In this document: positions 11,501 through 20,548 of the stretch, in pieces | Numbering within the stretch: position 1 is the first letter of the stretch | How the letters are laid out: each line of letters begins with the position of its first letter | Assembly: GCA_934101275.1 (NCBI GenBank) | Contig: CAKOQM010000002.1 | Coordinates: 1-61,021 of the forward strand | DNA: 61,021 nt | Direction: 5' to 3' | Origin: an uncultured Bacilli bacterium | Lineage (GTDB): Bacteria > Bacillota_I > Bacilli_A > RF39 > UBA660 | Translations under genes and position numbers: made by a program | The notes under the pieces: model-generated | Seen by the model: the letters and a program-made list of their open reading frames with translations, nothing else | Databases searched by the model: none | Told to the model about the DNA's origin: nothing

Positions 11501-11643
11501 TCATTAATATGAACGCCTTTTTTAATCTTTTCAACAACACGAGTAGATAAAACCGCGGTTTTACCCGAACCTGCCCCAGCGGAGACAATAATATTGGTAC
11601 CATCTTTATGAATGGCATTTAATTGTTCATTCGTCCAAGCCAT
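8533..11643 (-). CDS. addA: ATP-dependent helicase/nuclease subunit A (UvrD-like SF1 helicase with a C-terminal PD-(D/E)xK nuclease)
   Basis: 1036 aa. Walker A SAGAGSGKTAVL, MVDEYQDTS, and C-terminal nuclease motif GIIDLMIEHEDYIDIVDYKLN. Translationally overlaps addB. Confidence 0.85.
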   Translation of the reverse strand: MAWTNEQLNAIHKDGTNIIVSAGAGSGKTAVLSTRVVEKIKKGVHINELLILTFTNAAAGEMKERIKKKIKELNMPEELDLLESSYITTFDSFALSIVKKYHYILNIPKNLTITDSSILNLQKKKILDEIFDAYYEENNNPKFIKLIKDFCFKDDKNLKKSILSLANKLEIRTDKNEYMVSYFEKYYQEDSLKGYIELYKNILKENIEALFLEVELQSNYFEQDYEKKILDSIAILKEESSLDELLARINNVKIPSSPRNSEEETKIARKKISDILNDLKKLCTYGYEEEIINDIKKPKVYLEIIFEILEKFFKLLEEYKNTFYCYDFNDIAQMSLKILKDNQNIREELKYFFKEIMVDEYQDTSDIQEEFINLISNHNVYMVGDIKQSIYRFRNANPYIFKNKYDKYSEEKDGIKIDLLKNFRSRSEVLDDINTIFNPIMTNDIGNAEYTVSHQMVFGNTSYIEEGLTSQKYHMNILEYDLKDKNFSKEELEFFAIAQDIKDKIKQKYLIFDKDKKELHEAQFDDFCLILDRNSSFNLAKKIFEYFSIPLCLYKDEVLNEDIDIYLFKNILTLLIAMKDKNYQGDFKYAFTSILRSYLFETNDNDIFDYFNGKPFYDSLLWKKLYPLSQNINHLSLKELTEQILNSLDFYSKTRIKGNVLESEIRFHTILNISENLSLLSYDIYDFKDYLTDLLESDELIKFNTGTNSSNAVKIMNIHKSKGLEFPICYFCGLYKTFSKEDLKGNIIYDTSLPIFIPDRTDGIKENILKLLIQNKMVSEDVSEKIRLFYVALTRAKEKMILLLPKCEETEELKEDGIVYESIRKKYDSFASMLNSIPKTLNFYKKEIDISHLNLSKDYLLIKENKKEIQKNAEKISLIPFHFHKEEIVQNSFSKKINELLSKEEERNVELGLKVHETFECIDFKNFQPELIDNSFIRELAIHLYQEPIFKDADTALFFQEYEFIYEINNEEKHGIIDLMIEHEDYIDIVDYKLNDITDAHYLEQINGYKNYISSKTNKPIHLYLYNILGKELVEM

Positions 11644-13960
11644 TACTTTCCACCTCTTTCTTTAAAAATTTTTTATCCGAATTAATATATATTTTATCTT
11701 TGTCTTTGGTAAAACAAATATCTTTAAAAGGACAAAACTGACAGGATATATTTTCTTTATTATCTAAGATTTTTGGTTCAATTTTAAAGTCAGCATCTAT
11801 AACTTTCTTTACAGTATCCTTTATAAGATTATTGATAAGATTAAATAAAGTGTCCAAATCCTCTTGATTAAATACTTTGGTATAAGTATAAAAATTTCCA
11901 CTTTGAGTTGTTTTCATACTTTTTATTTGACAAGAATTAGGGTAGCTACTATCCACCATACCTAAGATATTAAGATTACTGGTTGAGTAGCCCACAGCTT
12001 TTAAGGCCTTTTTCTTTGTTATTTCATAATCTACTTTATTTTCACACTTTTGTTTATCAATAAACAAAGGTTGTAAGTAGAATCCTCCACAGGTGTAATC
12101 TTTAAAATTTTCATCCTTTTTTAAAAGATAAAGATAACAAGGAAGTTGTAAAGAAAAACCGTGTGGCATGATAGAGGCATCCAAAAAAGGCATACCGGAT
12201 TTATAATCAATAATTTTAAAAACTTTGTTTTCATCATTATAATATATGGCATCAATTTTACCATCAAAAGAAATATCTAACTTATCTTTTATAGAAAAGG
12301 TTATCTCTTTTTCAAATTCTTTTTCTTTTAGCTCCGTAAATTTTTCTCTTTCTTGTAAGAGATTTAAAGTGTTTCGAAATTCTTCTTTTAGGTTTCCTAA
12401 AATCATTTTTTCTTTCGGACTAAAATCGTAATCTTGGGTTATTTTTTCAAAAACATAGTCATAGTCAAACTCTTCTTCATCTTTTCTTTCTAATATTTTA
12501 TGAAAAATAGTACCAATGACAGTATTAAAGGTTTCTTCATAAGGGGATAACTTTAAAATATATTTTAAATAATAAGAAAAGGGACAGGCGAGAAAGTCTT
12601 TAATTTTGGTATAAGATAAGGTTATTTTATTTTTTAAAAATTTATAAAGTTTTTCTTTATCAATTTTTTGATATTCATTTTGATATGTTTGATAGGAAAT
12701 CAAATAATTAGAGCTGAGTTTAGTAAAAGTATCATCTACCGTGCCAAATTTTGTGAAATTATCCATTAATTTTCCTAGAATATACTCGTTGTATTCCGAA
12801 GAAATATTGTAACATAAAACACCTTCTTGAATTTTTAAATTTTCTAGTAATGATGAAGGATAAACCTCTTTTTTTAAGTTATTTCTTTTTAAAGTAAGGG
12901 TTAGATTAGGATAGCTTGTTAAAAAATCTGTCATGTACTTTTTTTCTCTTTTGTTTTTATCCGTCGCGGTATCAAAACCGATTTCTTTTTTTACAGCATC
13001 ATTAAAATAATCTTCATCTTTGTAAAACTTAGGGATTGAATCTGAATTACAAGAAAGAAAGAAAAGATAATCGTTTTCTTTAAACAGTTGATTTTTAAAA
13101 TTAACAATTTTAAGACCATTTTTATAAGTTGGAACTTTTAATGTCTTTCTTTTTAAATCTCTTTTTATAAATTCTTCTTTATTATTAAAGAGTAAATATT
13201 TATTTACTATAGTTACAATCTCATTATAAATATCCTTATCATCGGCATTTTTTAGTATTTCTGACGTTTTATTTAGGGATTCAGGAATTCCTAAAACCAA
13301 ATTTTTATAAAAATAACCGCCAATTCGTGTTTCAAATAAAGTGGTTTTAGCTGGCAAATTTAAAAGAACGTGCATCTGTTTGGCTACTCTTTTTAACGTA
13401 TCTAAATATTCTTCAGAAACATTTGTGACATAAATGTTTTGAGGTGAAATTCCTTTTTGTAAAAGTAAAATAATTTTTTCAAAAACAAAGGCAATTTCTT
13501 CTTCGATAGTATTTAGAATGTAAACTTTTGGCTCAAAAGTATTTTTGTTATTTGGTATAATCTCAATATGATAGCCCTTTAATAACTGTAATAGCTCTTT
13601 ACTACAAACATATTCATCTATTTTAAAAATCACATGTTTATATTTTTCTTTTTGGAGTCTATTTTCTGTTAAAAGATTATTTTCAATAAGTTTTTCTTTT
13701 AAATTTTTAAGATATATTCCCTTTTCATTATTTATTTTTTCTAAAGGAAATAAAATTATATTATCTAAGTATTTTTCGGCGACCTCTAGGATAACCTGTT
13801 CTTCACTTATAATAAAATCAAGTGCTTTTTCTGTGTAAGAATAAGGAAATGTTTGTAAGAATTCTTTGGGTGTATAAACTTTATAGGGTGTCAAAGATGA
13901 AACTTGTCCTAGATTGTATAATAAAGATTTTTTTGTATTGGTAATATATATTGTTTCCAT
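11627..13960 (-). CDS. addB: helicase/nuclease subunit B, short form (AddB/RexB-like)
   Basis: 777 aa. RecB-type nuclease motif DGKIDAIYY...KIIDYKSG, Cys cluster LACPFSYY ... CQFCPFKDIC (AddB-type Fe-S ligand pattern), and position directly upstream of addA. No Walker A is visible. Confidence 0.7.
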   Translation of the reverse strand: METIYITNTKKSLLYNLGQVSSLTPYKVYTPKEFLQTFPYSYTEKALDFIISEEQVILEVAEKYLDNIILFPLEKINNEKGIYLKNLKEKLIENNLLTENRLQKEKYKHVIFKIDEYVCSKELLQLLKGYHIEIIPNNKNTFEPKVYILNTIEEEIAFVFEKIILLLQKGISPQNIYVTNVSEEYLDTLKRVAKQMHVLLNLPAKTTLFETRIGGYFYKNLVLGIPESLNKTSEILKNADDKDIYNEIVTIVNKYLLFNNKEEFIKRDLKRKTLKVPTYKNGLKIVNFKNQLFKENDYLFFLSCNSDSIPKFYKDEDYFNDAVKKEIGFDTATDKNKREKKYMTDFLTSYPNLTLTLKRNNLKKEVYPSSLLENLKIQEGVLCYNISSEYNEYILGKLMDNFTKFGTVDDTFTKLSSNYLISYQTYQNEYQKIDKEKLYKFLKNKITLSYTKIKDFLACPFSYYLKYILKLSPYEETFNTVIGTIFHKILERKDEEEFDYDYVFEKITQDYDFSPKEKMILGNLKEEFRNTLNLLQEREKFTELKEKEFEKEITFSIKDKLDISFDGKIDAIYYNDENKVFKIIDYKSGMPFLDASIMPHGFSLQLPCYLYLLKKDENFKDYTCGGFYLQPLFIDKQKCENKVDYEITKKKALKAVGYSTSNLNILGMVDSSYPNSCQIKSMKTTQSGNFYTYTKVFNQEDLDTLFNLINNLIKDTVKKVIDADFKIEPKILDNKENISCQFCPFKDICFTKDKDKIYINSDKKFLKKEVESNGLDE

Positions 13961-14251
13961 GTTATTCCTACTTTCCCTTAAAAATTCAAACTATATTATT
14001 TTTTTGTGATTTTTATATTCTTAGGATATCAAGTATTTTCATTTTTGTCTATGTTCTAAAATTATTTTTTGTTTTGTTAAGTTTTTTGTTAAAAAGTGCG
14101 AAATGTGGATCATTATTTTAAATCACAATAGAAGTGTTAAATTCTTTAAAAATGAAATATAGACTTTAAACTATCAATCTGATACAATTGATAAAGATAG
14201 AAAGATAAAAAGATATTATCATAAAATTGATGTCTTTTGTAATATGGGAGT

Positions 14252-16276
14252 GTGAAATTAATGAGGGGAAAAAAGATGACCAAAGAGGGTCATCAAAAAA
14301 AGAAGATTCTTATAACGTTAGGAATTTTATTTGTCTTTTTAGGAACGATAGGTATCTCTTATGCCTATTGGATTTTGACTTATAGTCAAACAGGAGTAAA
14401 TAAAGTAGCGACTAGCTGTTTTAGTTTATCTTTATCAAATGAGAAAAATAATATAAATTTAACAAATGCCTATCCCATATTGGATGAAGAAGGTAAAAAA
14501 TTAACCCCTTATAGTTTTACTATAACGAATACTTGTGATCTATTTGCAAGTTACACAGTAAACTTAGAAATGTTAGATGGCAATACTATGCCGATCAAAT
14601 ACATTAATTCCATGTTAAATAATGAAAAAGTTACAAAATTAAGTGATTTAGAAGAAGGAAAAACAACAATAGATGGTTCTGTTTCCTCTAAAGTTTTAGC
14701 AAAAGGTGCCCTAGGTGCTGGTGATAGTGTAGAATATAACTTAAGATTATGGATGTCCGAAGATGTCACGATGGATGATACGGATGCAATGAATGCACTT
14801 TTTGTATCTAAAGTCATTGTTGTTGGTTCAGTAAGTAATTATAGTCCAACAGAGCAAGGTTATACGACTTTAGCCGATGCTATTTTAGCTAGTGAATATC
14901 AAACGACACCAGAAATATCAAAGGAAAAAATAGCTTCTAAACAAGCCGTTGATTTTAGTAAAACGGCACCTATTCTTATTTGGAATGAGAATAAAGGAAC
15001 AACTTTAAGTAATATCACCTCGACGATGCCACATCCTGATTTAGTAGCATTGAAAGATACGGACGCTCGTTTTAAAAATTTAACCAGTTCTTCTGTTTTA
15101 TTAAATATTGGAACGAGTTATACATTTAATTCAGAAACAGGAAAATATGACATTACCAATGTGAGTCAACTTGATCCAACAACTTTGACATATGGTGGTG
15201 ATACAAAATACTATTTTTGTAGTGCTGGGTATAATACCGGTTCGACGGATGTTATTAGTATGTGGAAGAATTCCACAAATTGTTCAACGATTTATGAACT
15301 GACAAGTGCCACTTATACAGATGGTTCTTCAAATGGTTCTGGTGGTACTTCCATTAAATGGCGTAGATATAATTTAAAAGGATATGCCATGAACCAGACA
15401 GAAAGAGAAAGTGATAAATCGGATAAAGGTCTTTATCAAATAGATGACGATAATGGTGTCAGTTATTATTATCGTGGATCAGTAAACAATAATTATGTAA
15501 AATATGCAGATGCTTATTGGCGGATTATAAGAATCAATGGCGATGGCAGTGTTAGGCTTTTATATGCCGGTACAAAAGCAAATGCTACGGGCACAGAAGT
15601 ATTTAATAAGTCAGGTGTAGCCTTTAATACAAAAAAATCTAATCCTGCGTATAACGGATTTATGTATGGTAATACTTTAAATGAAAGCTACGAAAAAACG
15701 GTAGCGAATGAACAAGATAGCAACATTAAGACCGTTTTAGATGATTGGTATAAAACCAATATTTCAGGAACGAAAAATGAATCAGTTGTTGTCGATGCAG
15801 GTTTTTGTAATGACAGAAGTTACTATTCAGGAAATGGCTATTCTGAAACAGGAACAAACACGACGTACAATGCCTATAAAAGATATTATCAAACCAAGGT
15901 ACCTACTTTAAAATGTGCTCAAACAAATGACTTATTTACCTTAAGTACGAGCGAAAAAGGAAATAAATCATTAACCTATCCTGTAGGTTTAATCACGGTT
16001 GATGAATTAATGCTTTCTGGTTTTGCAGATGGTTATATTAATAAATCAGCCTATACTTACAATACATATTCATATTGGACTTTGTCTCCGAGCTATTTCA
16101 CTGTTTTGGCACAGGCGGCGTATGGTTTCCTTTTGAGCAGTGCTGGTTACGCACACAGTGGCTATCACGTGACGAATGGCCTTGGTGTTCGTGCTGTCAT
16201 CAATCTTTCGGCTGATACTCAAATAAGTGGAGGAATAGGGACGGCAAATAGTCCTTTTGAAGTAAAGATAGATTAA
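14252..16276 (+). CDS. large membrane-anchored surface protein (paralogue family with 48891-51838)
   Basis: 674 aa. Basic N-terminus plus TM helix ILITLGILFVFLGTIGISYAYWIL. Core YYYRGSVNNNYVKYADAYWRIIRINGDGSVRLLYAG ... GLITVDELMLSG ... YWTLSPS ... GVRAVINLS is shared with the 430-aa ORF at 49021. The start is uncertain (GTG 14252, ATG 14261 or ATG 14275). Confidence 0.7.
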   Translation: MKLMRGKKMTKEGHQKKKILITLGILFVFLGTIGISYAYWILTYSQTGVNKVATSCFSLSLSNEKNNINLTNAYPILDEEGKKLTPYSFTITNTCDLFASYTVNLEMLDGNTMPIKYINSMLNNEKVTKLSDLEEGKTTIDGSVSSKVLAKGALGAGDSVEYNLRLWMSEDVTMDDTDAMNALFVSKVIVVGSVSNYSPTEQGYTTLADAILASEYQTTPEISKEKIASKQAVDFSKTAPILIWNENKGTTLSNITSTMPHPDLVALKDTDARFKNLTSSSVLLNIGTSYTFNSETGKYDITNVSQLDPTTLTYGGDTKYYFCSAGYNTGSTDVISMWKNSTNCSTIYELTSATYTDGSSNGSGGTSIKWRRYNLKGYAMNQTERESDKSDKGLYQIDDDNGVSYYYRGSVNNNYVKYADAYWRIIRINGDGSVRLLYAGTKANATGTEVFNKSGVAFNTKKSNPAYNGFMYGNTLNESYEKTVANEQDSNIKTVLDDWYKTNISGTKNESVVVDAGFCNDRSYYSGNGYSETGTNTTYNAYKRYYQTKVPTLKCAQTNDLFTLSTSEKGNKSLTYPVGLITVDELMLSGFADGYINKSAYTYNTYSYWTLSPSYFTVLAQAAYGFLLSSAGYAHSGYHVTNGLGVRAVINLSADTQISGGIGTANSPFEVKID

Positions 16277-16293
16277 TTAAAATAAATGTTAAA

Positions 16294-16317
16294 AGCGAGA
16301 AAAATCTCGTTTTTTTA
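16294..16317 (+). terminator. rho-independent terminator
   Basis: GCGAGA (16295-16300), loop aaaa, TCTCGT (16305-16310), then T7. Confidence 0.7.
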
Positions 16318-16331
16318 TATGTAATAATAGG

Positions 16332-16360
16332 TTGAGAGATGTGGATTAAAATGTTATAAT
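16332..16360 (+). promoter_or_regulatory. sigma-A type promoter, probably for cas9
   Basis: TTGAGA (16332-16337), 17-nt spacer, extended -10 TGtTATAAT (16352-16360). It sits about 145 nt upstream of the cas9 ATG. Confidence 0.55.
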
Positions 16361-16385
16361 CAGGCTAAGGATGGCAAAGAAGGTC

Positions 16386-16470
16386 AAAAAAAGCCGCTAA
16401 ACGGCGGTACAAAACATTCAAGGTAAAACCTTATTTTAACTTTCTATGTCATCTTAAATGGTATTAAGAC
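16386..16470 (-). ncRNA. tracrRNA: tracrRNA
   Basis: The minus strand reads GTCTTAATACCATTTAAGATGACATAGAAAGTTAAAATAAGGTTTTACCTTGAATGTTTTGTACCGCCGTTTAGCGGCTTTTTTT. Its 5' part is complementary to the CRISPR repeat, with a 2-nt bulge and a few G-U pairs or mismatches. AAGTTAAAATAAGG plus a short hairpin matches the SpCas9 tracrRNA nexus region. It ends in a GC hairpin followed by T7. Confidence 0.85.
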
Positions 16471-16476
16471 AATATA

Positions 16477-16505
16477 ATAATATCAAAGTTAGGAAGGGTA
16501 GTCAA
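16477..16505 (-). promoter_or_regulatory. tracrRNA promoter
   Basis: On the minus strand: TTGACT (16505-16500), 17-nt spacer, TATTAT (16482-16477). The predicted transcription start is about 16470, the first base of the anti-repeat. The -35 box overlaps the cas9 ATG. Confidence 0.5.
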
Positions 16506-19500
16506 TGAAAAATTACAACATAGGTCTGGATATAGGTACTACATCGGTTGGATGGGCTATTATAGATGACCAAACAAATGAGATAATGAAGAAAAAGAGA
16601 AAATCTTTATGGGGTGTACGGCTTTTCGATGAAGCCCAAACGGCTGAAGACAGAAGAAAAAAACGTGGGGTAAGACGCCGTTATGAAAGAAGAAGAGAAA
16701 GGATTCGCCTTTTACAAGAAGAATTTAAAGAAGAAATAAATAAGGTAGATAAAGATTTTTATCAAAAGTTAGCCGAAACAAAATATAATTTAGAAAAAGA
16801 TAAGATTAATAAAACTATTAAAATAAAAGTTGCGCCAACAAGCATTACCAAATTTGATGAAAATTATAAAACTATTTACCACCTAAGATATGATTTAATG
16901 AATAGTAAAGAGCAAAAAGATATTCGTCTTGTTTATTTAGCACTTCATCACATTATTAAGTACCGTGGTAATTTTAATTATGGTGGAAAAAGCTTTAATA
17001 CGGAAAGTATTGATATAACTTCTAAATTGGAAGAAGTTTTTGAAAATATTAGAAATTATTGTGATATTTTAGAAATTAATGAGGATAGTCTTGACGCGAT
17101 TAATTATCAAGAAATACTAAATTGTTTAAACGAGGAAACAAAAAATGATATTACTAAAAAATTAAAAGAATATTTTAAATCTAAAGAATTTCCCGTCAAT
17201 TTTGCCAATGAATTATCAAATGCTTTAGTAGGTAAAAAATTTAATGTTGGTAAGTTATTCAACATGGAACTTGATGAAAAATTAGAAATTAATTTTGAAA
17301 GTACGGATTACGAAGATAAGAGTGACAAAATTGAAAAGTTGTCAGATTATGCCATTGAGTTACTTGAGGAAGTCAAAGAATTATATGATGAAATTTCATT
17401 GAAGAAAATCTTTAAGAACAGTAAACAGATCTCTTTATCAGGATTAATGATTGAAAGATATGATATACATCAAAAAGATTTAGCACTTATAAAAGAAACT
17501 TTGAAACAAAATCGCGATATTTATAATAAGTTCTTTAAAACACGAAAAAATGATTCAAAAGCCTGTCTTTATGAACAGTATATTCATAACCATTTAACAG
17601 CTAATGATTTTTGTAAAGAATTAAACAACTGTTTAGAAAAAAACAATATGGTGATAGAAGATGCCGATTTTAATAGACGTCTTTTAAATGATGAAATTTT
17701 ACCCCGCATTACAAGCACGGAAAACGGGATATTTCCTTATGGTTTAAACAGACAAGAGCTTGTGAAAATTATTGAAAATCAAGGTGTATATTATCCCTTT
17801 TTATTGAACAAGATTGGCGAAGAATACAAAATTGTCAAACTATATGATTTTCGAATTCCTTATTATGTAGGTCCCCTTGTTTCGAGAAAAAAATCGGATA
17901 ATGCTTGGCTTATTCGTAGATCAGACGGTAAAATAACACCATATAATTTTGATGAAGTCATCGACAAAGAAAGAACGGCAGAAAAATTTATTCTGCGAAT
18001 GATTTCACATTGTACTTATTTGTTAGATGAATGTGCCTTACCTAATTGTTCTCTTTTGTATAATCGTTTTAAAGTTTTAAACGAACTAAAGCAAATTAGA
18101 ATAAACAATGGTTCTTATGCTGAAAAAATTCCAGTAGAACAACAAAATATAATTATAGAAAAACTATTTAAGCAAACAAGTGGCAGTATTACAGATAAGA
18201 AATTTCGGGAATTTTTACAAAATGAACTCGGTTATGATTTTTATTCAGATGAGTTAAAGATAACGGGCTATTCTGCTGATGGCAAGTTTGCCAACAATAT
18301 GCAATCTTATTATGATTTCTTTGGCGAAGATGGTATTTTTAAGGGAACAGATTATACGAAAGACGATGCCGAAGAAATTATAAGGTGGATAACTATTTTT
18401 GAAGATAAGGATATTCTAAAAAGAAAAGTTATAGATGCCTATCCCGAATTATCGAGTGCACAAGTTAAAAGTGTTTTGGCAAAAAAATATAAAGGATGGG
18501 GAAGATTATCTAAAAAGTTATTAGTTGGTTTAACAATAAAAGATAAAGAAACGAATTTACCTAAATCTATTATTGATTTAATGGCTGAAACGGATAAAAA
18601 CTTTATGCAAATTATAAATGATGACGAATATAAATTTGACCGGCTTATTGCTAAAGAAAATAAAGTGTCTGAACAAGAAGAATTATCTTATGATGTTGTT
18701 TCTAAACTAGCTACTTCACCGGCTAATAAAAGAGGTATTTATCAAGCCTTAAAAGTGGTTCAAGAACTTGTTCAATATATGGGCGATGCTCCTAAAAATA
18801 TTATGATTGAAATGGCCCGTGGTAATGAGAAGAAAGTAAGAAAAGATGACCGTAAGAAATACTTGCAAAATTTGTATGAGAAAATAAAGAAGGAGAATAA
18901 ATCTGTATATGCTTTATACTATAAAAATTTAGATTCTAAATTAAAAAAAGCAGAAAAAATTGATACAGATAAGTTGTTTTTATATTATCTACAAGAAGGC
19001 AAATGTCTGTATTGTATGAAACCTATTGAAATTGAGAAATTGGGCTTGAATGATAGTACTTACGAAATAGATCACATTTTGCCAAGGACACTTGTTAAAG
19101 ATAATTCATGGGATAATAGAGCATTAGTTTGCCGTGAATGTAATCAAAATAAGGGAGCGGATTTGGTTTTAAAGAGAGTAATCAGAGATAATTGTAATAC
19201 TTTCTGGAAACGTTTAAATGACAACAAATTGCTATCTAATAAAAAACTTTATCGATTGACTAGAAGAGAATATTCTGAAGAAGATATCAAAGGATTTATT
19301 AATAGACAGCTCGTTGAAACAAGACAAATAACAAAACATGTTGGTCATATTTTACAAAGTTACTATCCAGAAACAAATGTTGTTTATTATAAGGCAGATA
19401 TTTCTCATAGTTATAGAGAAAGATATAAACTATATAAATTTAGAGATTTAAATGATTACCATCATGCTCATGATGCTTATCTTGCTGCTGTCTTAGGTAA

Positions 19501-20548
19501 TTATCAGGAAAAATACATGCATTATAATTTGAATTATGGTCTTGTCAAAGAATTCAATGATAAATTAAAAGAAGATAAAGATTATCAAACATTATGTTCA
19601 GGAATTGTTGTAAATAGTTTAGATGAAAAATATCAAAATGATTTTGCTATAATTTCGCCTAATCTATGCAATTCAGAAACTGGAGAATTAATTTTTGACG
19701 CAAAAGCATTTAATGAACTTGTTGAAAATACCCTATATCGTAATGATATATTAGTTAGTAGAAAGTCTGAAATCAGAACAGGAGAATTTTATGATCAAAA
19801 TCCTTTAAAAAAGGGAAAAGGCAATATTTCTATAAATAAAAACATGCCAGCTAATATCTATGGTGGCTTCAGTAGCGTTAAGCCTTCTTATTTAGTTTTT
19901 GTAAAATATAATGATAAAACAAAATTGATTGGCATTCCAATATATATAGCCTGTGAAGAAAATAAAAATGCAAATATAAAAGCTATTTTTATAAAAGAGC
20001 ACTTGAAATTAAAGGATAATGACACTTTTGAAATAATAAAGGATAAAATTCCATTCGAAACATTAGTTTTACATAAAGAGCAAAAATGTTATATTAAAGG
20101 ATACAGTGTCGCCCATAAAAATTGTGAATTATCAAATGCATGTCAGTTGAAAATATCGAAGGCTTTTATGAAAAAATATAAAGAACTTTTAAGAAAGGTT
20201 TACAAGCGTAATTATGACAATATTACTTCAGAAGATATTCAGGCTGCTATTTCTTTTGTAAATTATTTGTTTAATTGCAAAAAAGATTATCCTTTATTTG
20301 AAGGAAAAATATCAGAACTTGAAATTAATCTTGATGTACAAAATATGTCTTTTGAGCAACTTGCTATTCTTATAAAAAAAGTATTATCAATATATAAATG
20401 TGTAAGTTCTACTGAAAATTTTAAAGATTTGAGCTATAACAAAGATATTGGTAGATTAGGTGATATTAATATAGCTAATCCAATTTTTATTTTTACTTCT
20501 GTAACAGGTTTATATCAAAAAGTAGTTGATTTTTCAGGTGATAAATGA
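16505..20548 (+). CDS. cas9: type II-A CRISPR-associated endonuclease Cas9
   Basis: 1347 aa. RuvC-I IGLDIGTTSVGWAII, Arg-rich bridge helix RRKKRGVRRRYERRRERI, HNH YEIDHILPRTL...DNRALVCRECNQNKG, RuvC-III DYHHAHDAYL. Confidence 0.97.
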   Translation: MKNYNIGLDIGTTSVGWAIIDDQTNEIMKKKRKSLWGVRLFDEAQTAEDRRKKRGVRRRYERRRERIRLLQEEFKEEINKVDKDFYQKLAETKYNLEKDKINKTIKIKVAPTSITKFDENYKTIYHLRYDLMNSKEQKDIRLVYLALHHIIKYRGNFNYGGKSFNTESIDITSKLEEVFENIRNYCDILEINEDSLDAINYQEILNCLNEETKNDITKKLKEYFKSKEFPVNFANELSNALVGKKFNVGKLFNMELDEKLEINFESTDYEDKSDKIEKLSDYAIELLEEVKELYDEISLKKIFKNSKQISLSGLMIERYDIHQKDLALIKETLKQNRDIYNKFFKTRKNDSKACLYEQYIHNHLTANDFCKELNNCLEKNNMVIEDADFNRRLLNDEILPRITSTENGIFPYGLNRQELVKIIENQGVYYPFLLNKIGEEYKIVKLYDFRIPYYVGPLVSRKKSDNAWLIRRSDGKITPYNFDEVIDKERTAEKFILRMISHCTYLLDECALPNCSLLYNRFKVLNELKQIRINNGSYAEKIPVEQQNIIIEKLFKQTSGSITDKKFREFLQNELGYDFYSDELKITGYSADGKFANNMQSYYDFFGEDGIFKGTDYTKDDAEEIIRWITIFEDKDILKRKVIDAYPELSSAQVKSVLAKKYKGWGRLSKKLLVGLTIKDKETNLPKSIIDLMAETDKNFMQIINDDEYKFDRLIAKENKVSEQEELSYDVVSKLATSPANKRGIYQALKVVQELVQYMGDAPKNIMIEMARGNEKKVRKDDRKKYLQNLYEKIKKENKSVYALYYKNLDSKLKKAEKIDTDKLFLYYLQEGKCLYCMKPIEIEKLGLNDSTYEIDHILPRTLVKDNSWDNRALVCRECNQNKGADLVLKRVIRDNCNTFWKRLNDNKLLSNKKLYRLTRREYSEEDIKGFINRQLVETRQITKHVGHILQSYYPETNVVYYKADISHSYRERYKLYKFRDLNDYHHAHDAYLAAVLGNYQEKYMHYNLNYGLVKEFNDKLKEDKDYQTLCSGIVVNSLDEKYQNDFAIISPNLCNSETGELIFDAKAFNELVENTLYRNDILVSRKSEIRTGEFYDQNPLKKGKGNISINKNMPANIYGGFSSVKPSYLVFVKYNDKTKLIGIPIYIACEENKNANIKAIFIKEHLKLKDNDTFEIIKDKIPFETLVLHKEQKCYIKGYSVAHKNCELSNACQLKISKAFMKKYKELLRKVYKRNYDNITSEDIQAAISFVNYLFNCKKDYPLFEGKISELEINLDVQNMSFEQLAILIKKVLSIYKCVSSTENFKDLSYNKDIGRLGDINIANPIFIFTSVTGLYQKVVDFSGDK

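Noticed and set aside
12246-14817. Short ORFs 12246-12431(+) and 14551-14817(-), antisense to addB and the surface-protein gene
   Set aside because: They are Ser/Phe-rich antisense translations nested in long supported genes.
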